DNA of 64,000 bases, from assembly GCA_963924565.1 (NCBI GenBank), contig OZ004613.1, forward strand, positions 30,194,001-30,258,000, in the 5' to 3' direction. Both the position numbers and the translations under genes were made by a program. Positions 61,201 through 64,000 of the stretch are shown piece after piece. The stretch is from Ascidiella aspersa. Taxonomy: Eukaryota. Position 1 is the stretch's first letter, and every line of letters starts with the position of its first letter. The notes below the pieces were generated by a model. It was given only the letters and a program-made list of their open reading frames with translations, was not told where the DNA came from and did not search any database.

Positions 61201-64000
61201 TTATTTTGTATTGCTTGGTATATTGGTTATAAAAAAAACATTTCTTAAAGGTTAAAATGAAAAGGCAGAATACATTGGTTAACAATTTATCCAATAAACA
61301 CGATTTTTTATCTAATTTTAATTAGCAAAATTGTTCGCTTCAACATGTAACAGATATTTGAATTTTAAAACGCGTGTGAAACTATCTACTTTAATTGAAT
61401 TTTTTCTATGCTGTTTATTTTGTAATGAACTAACTTACAACAAAACGATCGAAATGTTAGTCAGATTGGTAGTTTATCAACAACAAAAAACTTTGTTTTA
61501 GCCAAAATCAGTTAAAAAGGTCGTTTTACCTGCGCACTGCGCAGTGCGACACTAATTTGTTGTCGGAAAATTTTGCGGGTTATTTTACGCTTGGAGTGAG
61601 CCAAGTCGGCGAATTTCCAAGCCACTGGCTCAGACCCTGAAAAGCTCTTAAACGTCGATGCGGGCCCAGGGCGAATATTATCAGATACAATGTCAGTAAC
61701 TTTTCTCAACACCCCTTGCCTAATGTATTTTTGCTGTCGCTTGAATTTAAGTTGATCTGTACGAAATTCCATCAGTGAAATATTTCGAAAACGTTTTTTT
61801 GGTAAAGTTAAAGTACAACACAATCGCTAACAATTTAATTTTTAAACTATCAAGAAAGTTATTTATTATGTCAATTTCTATTGGACTATGGGCAATACAG
61901 CTGCACATAAATATGCTGGTGCTACCACGTTGGTTGAATAAGTATATGCCAGAGGAACCTATTTTAAATACAGCTGCACATAGGCGCTAAGAAAATAAAC
62001 AAATCTAGTTGCAGAAAGATAAATTCGGTTGACTTACAAACATATACAATACCACCACTTTAACTTAAAATAGTTCAATAGTAATTTCAAATTCCTTATT
62101 CAATAGACCGTTTTGCTGATTTTCAAACTTTAAAAGGCCGAAAAAGATGTATTATTTCAATTCCAATAGCATATCTATATAAAGTTTTATCAAAAACCTC
62201 CTATGGGAGTTTTATATTTAATCGCTGCCTACTTTGAATTATCGAACTCAGTTTGGTTTGGCATCTGGAAACGTGTAATTACAGACCAAGCTATTCAAGG
62301 AGTGCAAATTTCAACCGCCTAACATATTTGTGGATCATATATAGCTTCACGTTGTGTACTATAACACACTTGCGGGTTATTTTATTCTGTGAAAGCATTA
62401 AGGATACATTTATAATTTGAAAGCAAGTTTGTTCACAAATCCCTGAAATTTAATGGCTCTAGTATTCAAGGCAATGATTTTTTCGCAAATTGGAATTAAA
62501 GCTTTTAAAACAACATCAATTTTACAACAACAATTTAGGCCCATCCCTTTAGCGGCTTACATATTCGCGCAGAGTGTTTTTGCAAGATGCAAAACAAATA
62601 CATATTCAAACAACTGCAGAAATGTTTGACGTTCTCGGAAAGTTAACAATGAATCTTTATATTTTTAGGCGATGTTAAACAACGCGATGTCACCAACTAA
62701 AACTTTTAGTCCAAGTAAAGGTTTTAATTTTTTGCTTTTATATTCATATTGGTGTAGCTTGCAAAATAGCTTAAAAAAACATACATATAGATATAATGTT
62801 GCATATGGTCATCCTACTAGAAAACACAGCAAGAAAAGTTATTTTACATCCTGTAAAACTGCCAGATATTACTTTGCCTCCATTCAGCTGCAAAAGACCG
62901 TAACAGTCTCTTTCATCGCACTTTTTATAGTATTCACATGTTCGTAGGGGGGGGGGGCAAAATGTCTCCAACCTGAACTCAATTTCACTGTGAATAGCGG
63001 GTTTAAATATTGCAAAGTAAGGTGGGCGATTTCTATACAGCAGAATGTGCCGTGCTGAAATTCAAAACCGCACTAGCACTTGAATGCTAGTGTCGTTTTA
63101 TACCGATTTGCAGACACAAATGTTAATTGTTGCAACTTAAATTTTGAGCAACGTTGTGGTTAGGTATTTTTTTTAAGTAAAACAATATTATTATAATTTT
63201 GTTTAAAAAATTAGGATTTCAGTTCTAACACGATCTTTTTTCGAATTCATAGGATTTAAAATAAAGCACAAAATATTTAAAAGAGTATTTCTAAAACAAC
63301 AAATATATTTGAAATATTCTAAAACCAACAAAAATCCGAATAACTGCAGTTACGCAAAGCTTTACAATTTCAGACAGAACGTTAGAAGTGTTAACTGAAT
63401 TGTAAATGCTTTGAAATATAGAAACGTTTCCCGAAGCCAAGTCGTATTATAGAAACCCTTATTATCAGGTGTATTGCATTTTTTAAAACACTGCTTGTAA
63501 CATCGTTGCACAACTTAAACATTTGCTACACATGCTTGAGACCAACATCTTGACAATGTCAAAGTATATCTCCAAGCCTGTCAGAAACGATTTCCCTTTG
63601 CAAGCTTTAAGCTAACCCACACGTTCAGTTACAAATCCACCACACGTCTTAACGGCGATAAAGTTTCCAATATTTGTAATATTTGTGTAATATGTACCAG
63701 TTCAAGTTAAGTTTATTTCACAGGATTTATTAGACAACAAAAGACCAAGTTTTGCCATCTGTGCTGATTTAGAATTGTTAGAAACACCCAATACACTAAT
63801 TATTCTGTAACTCATGTATTTTTCAGTGGATTTGCGGCCATAAAGTCGATCTAACCACGACATGAAAAATAAATGTTTTTAACACTTGCCTGTCAGTGCA
63901 GTAGCAGCATAATTTCAATTCACCGCAAGATAAATAATGTTGCAACCGACTTGAGTCAACTTTAAAACAACAACTACCTTTGGCTCATTACAATCTTTCG

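Noticed and set aside
60000-64000. Short ORFs in the last 4 kb
   Set aside because: No recognisable protein motifs or chains of phase-consistent exons, apart from the weak 61530-61772 candidate listed under findings.

Overview
AT-rich, intron-containing animal genomic DNA. A compact invertebrate chordate such as an ascidian is a reasonable guess, but this is inference only. Hand-splicing recovers four protein-coding genes that the ORF track mostly misses. (1) The 3' half of a REPS1/REPS2 homolog (+, 188-6638). (2) A complete 4-exon mitochondrial adrenodoxin, FDX1-type (-, 10799-13640). (3) A divergently transcribed 10-exon uncharacterised gene of about 473 aa (+, 14875-21217). (4) A large Quaking/STAR RNA-binding protein gene (-, about 24-57 kb). 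The quaking locus is the most interesting part. It has two paralogous alternative 5' coding exons, each encoding its own diverged QUA1 dimerisation module and splicing in phase 1 to a shared KH-QUA2 body. It also has several candidate alternative C-termini, including a QKI-5-like RVHPYQR NLS tail and a candidate hydrophobic membrane-anchor-like tail, a candidate poison or internal-start exon, and a strand-biased enrichment of Quaking response elements (ACUAAY) that suggests autoregulation. Several MITE-like repeat families and clustered RFX, CRE and Hox/Cdx-type motifs are also present. All exon structures were inferred by eye from splice signals and reading frame and need RNA-seq confirmation.
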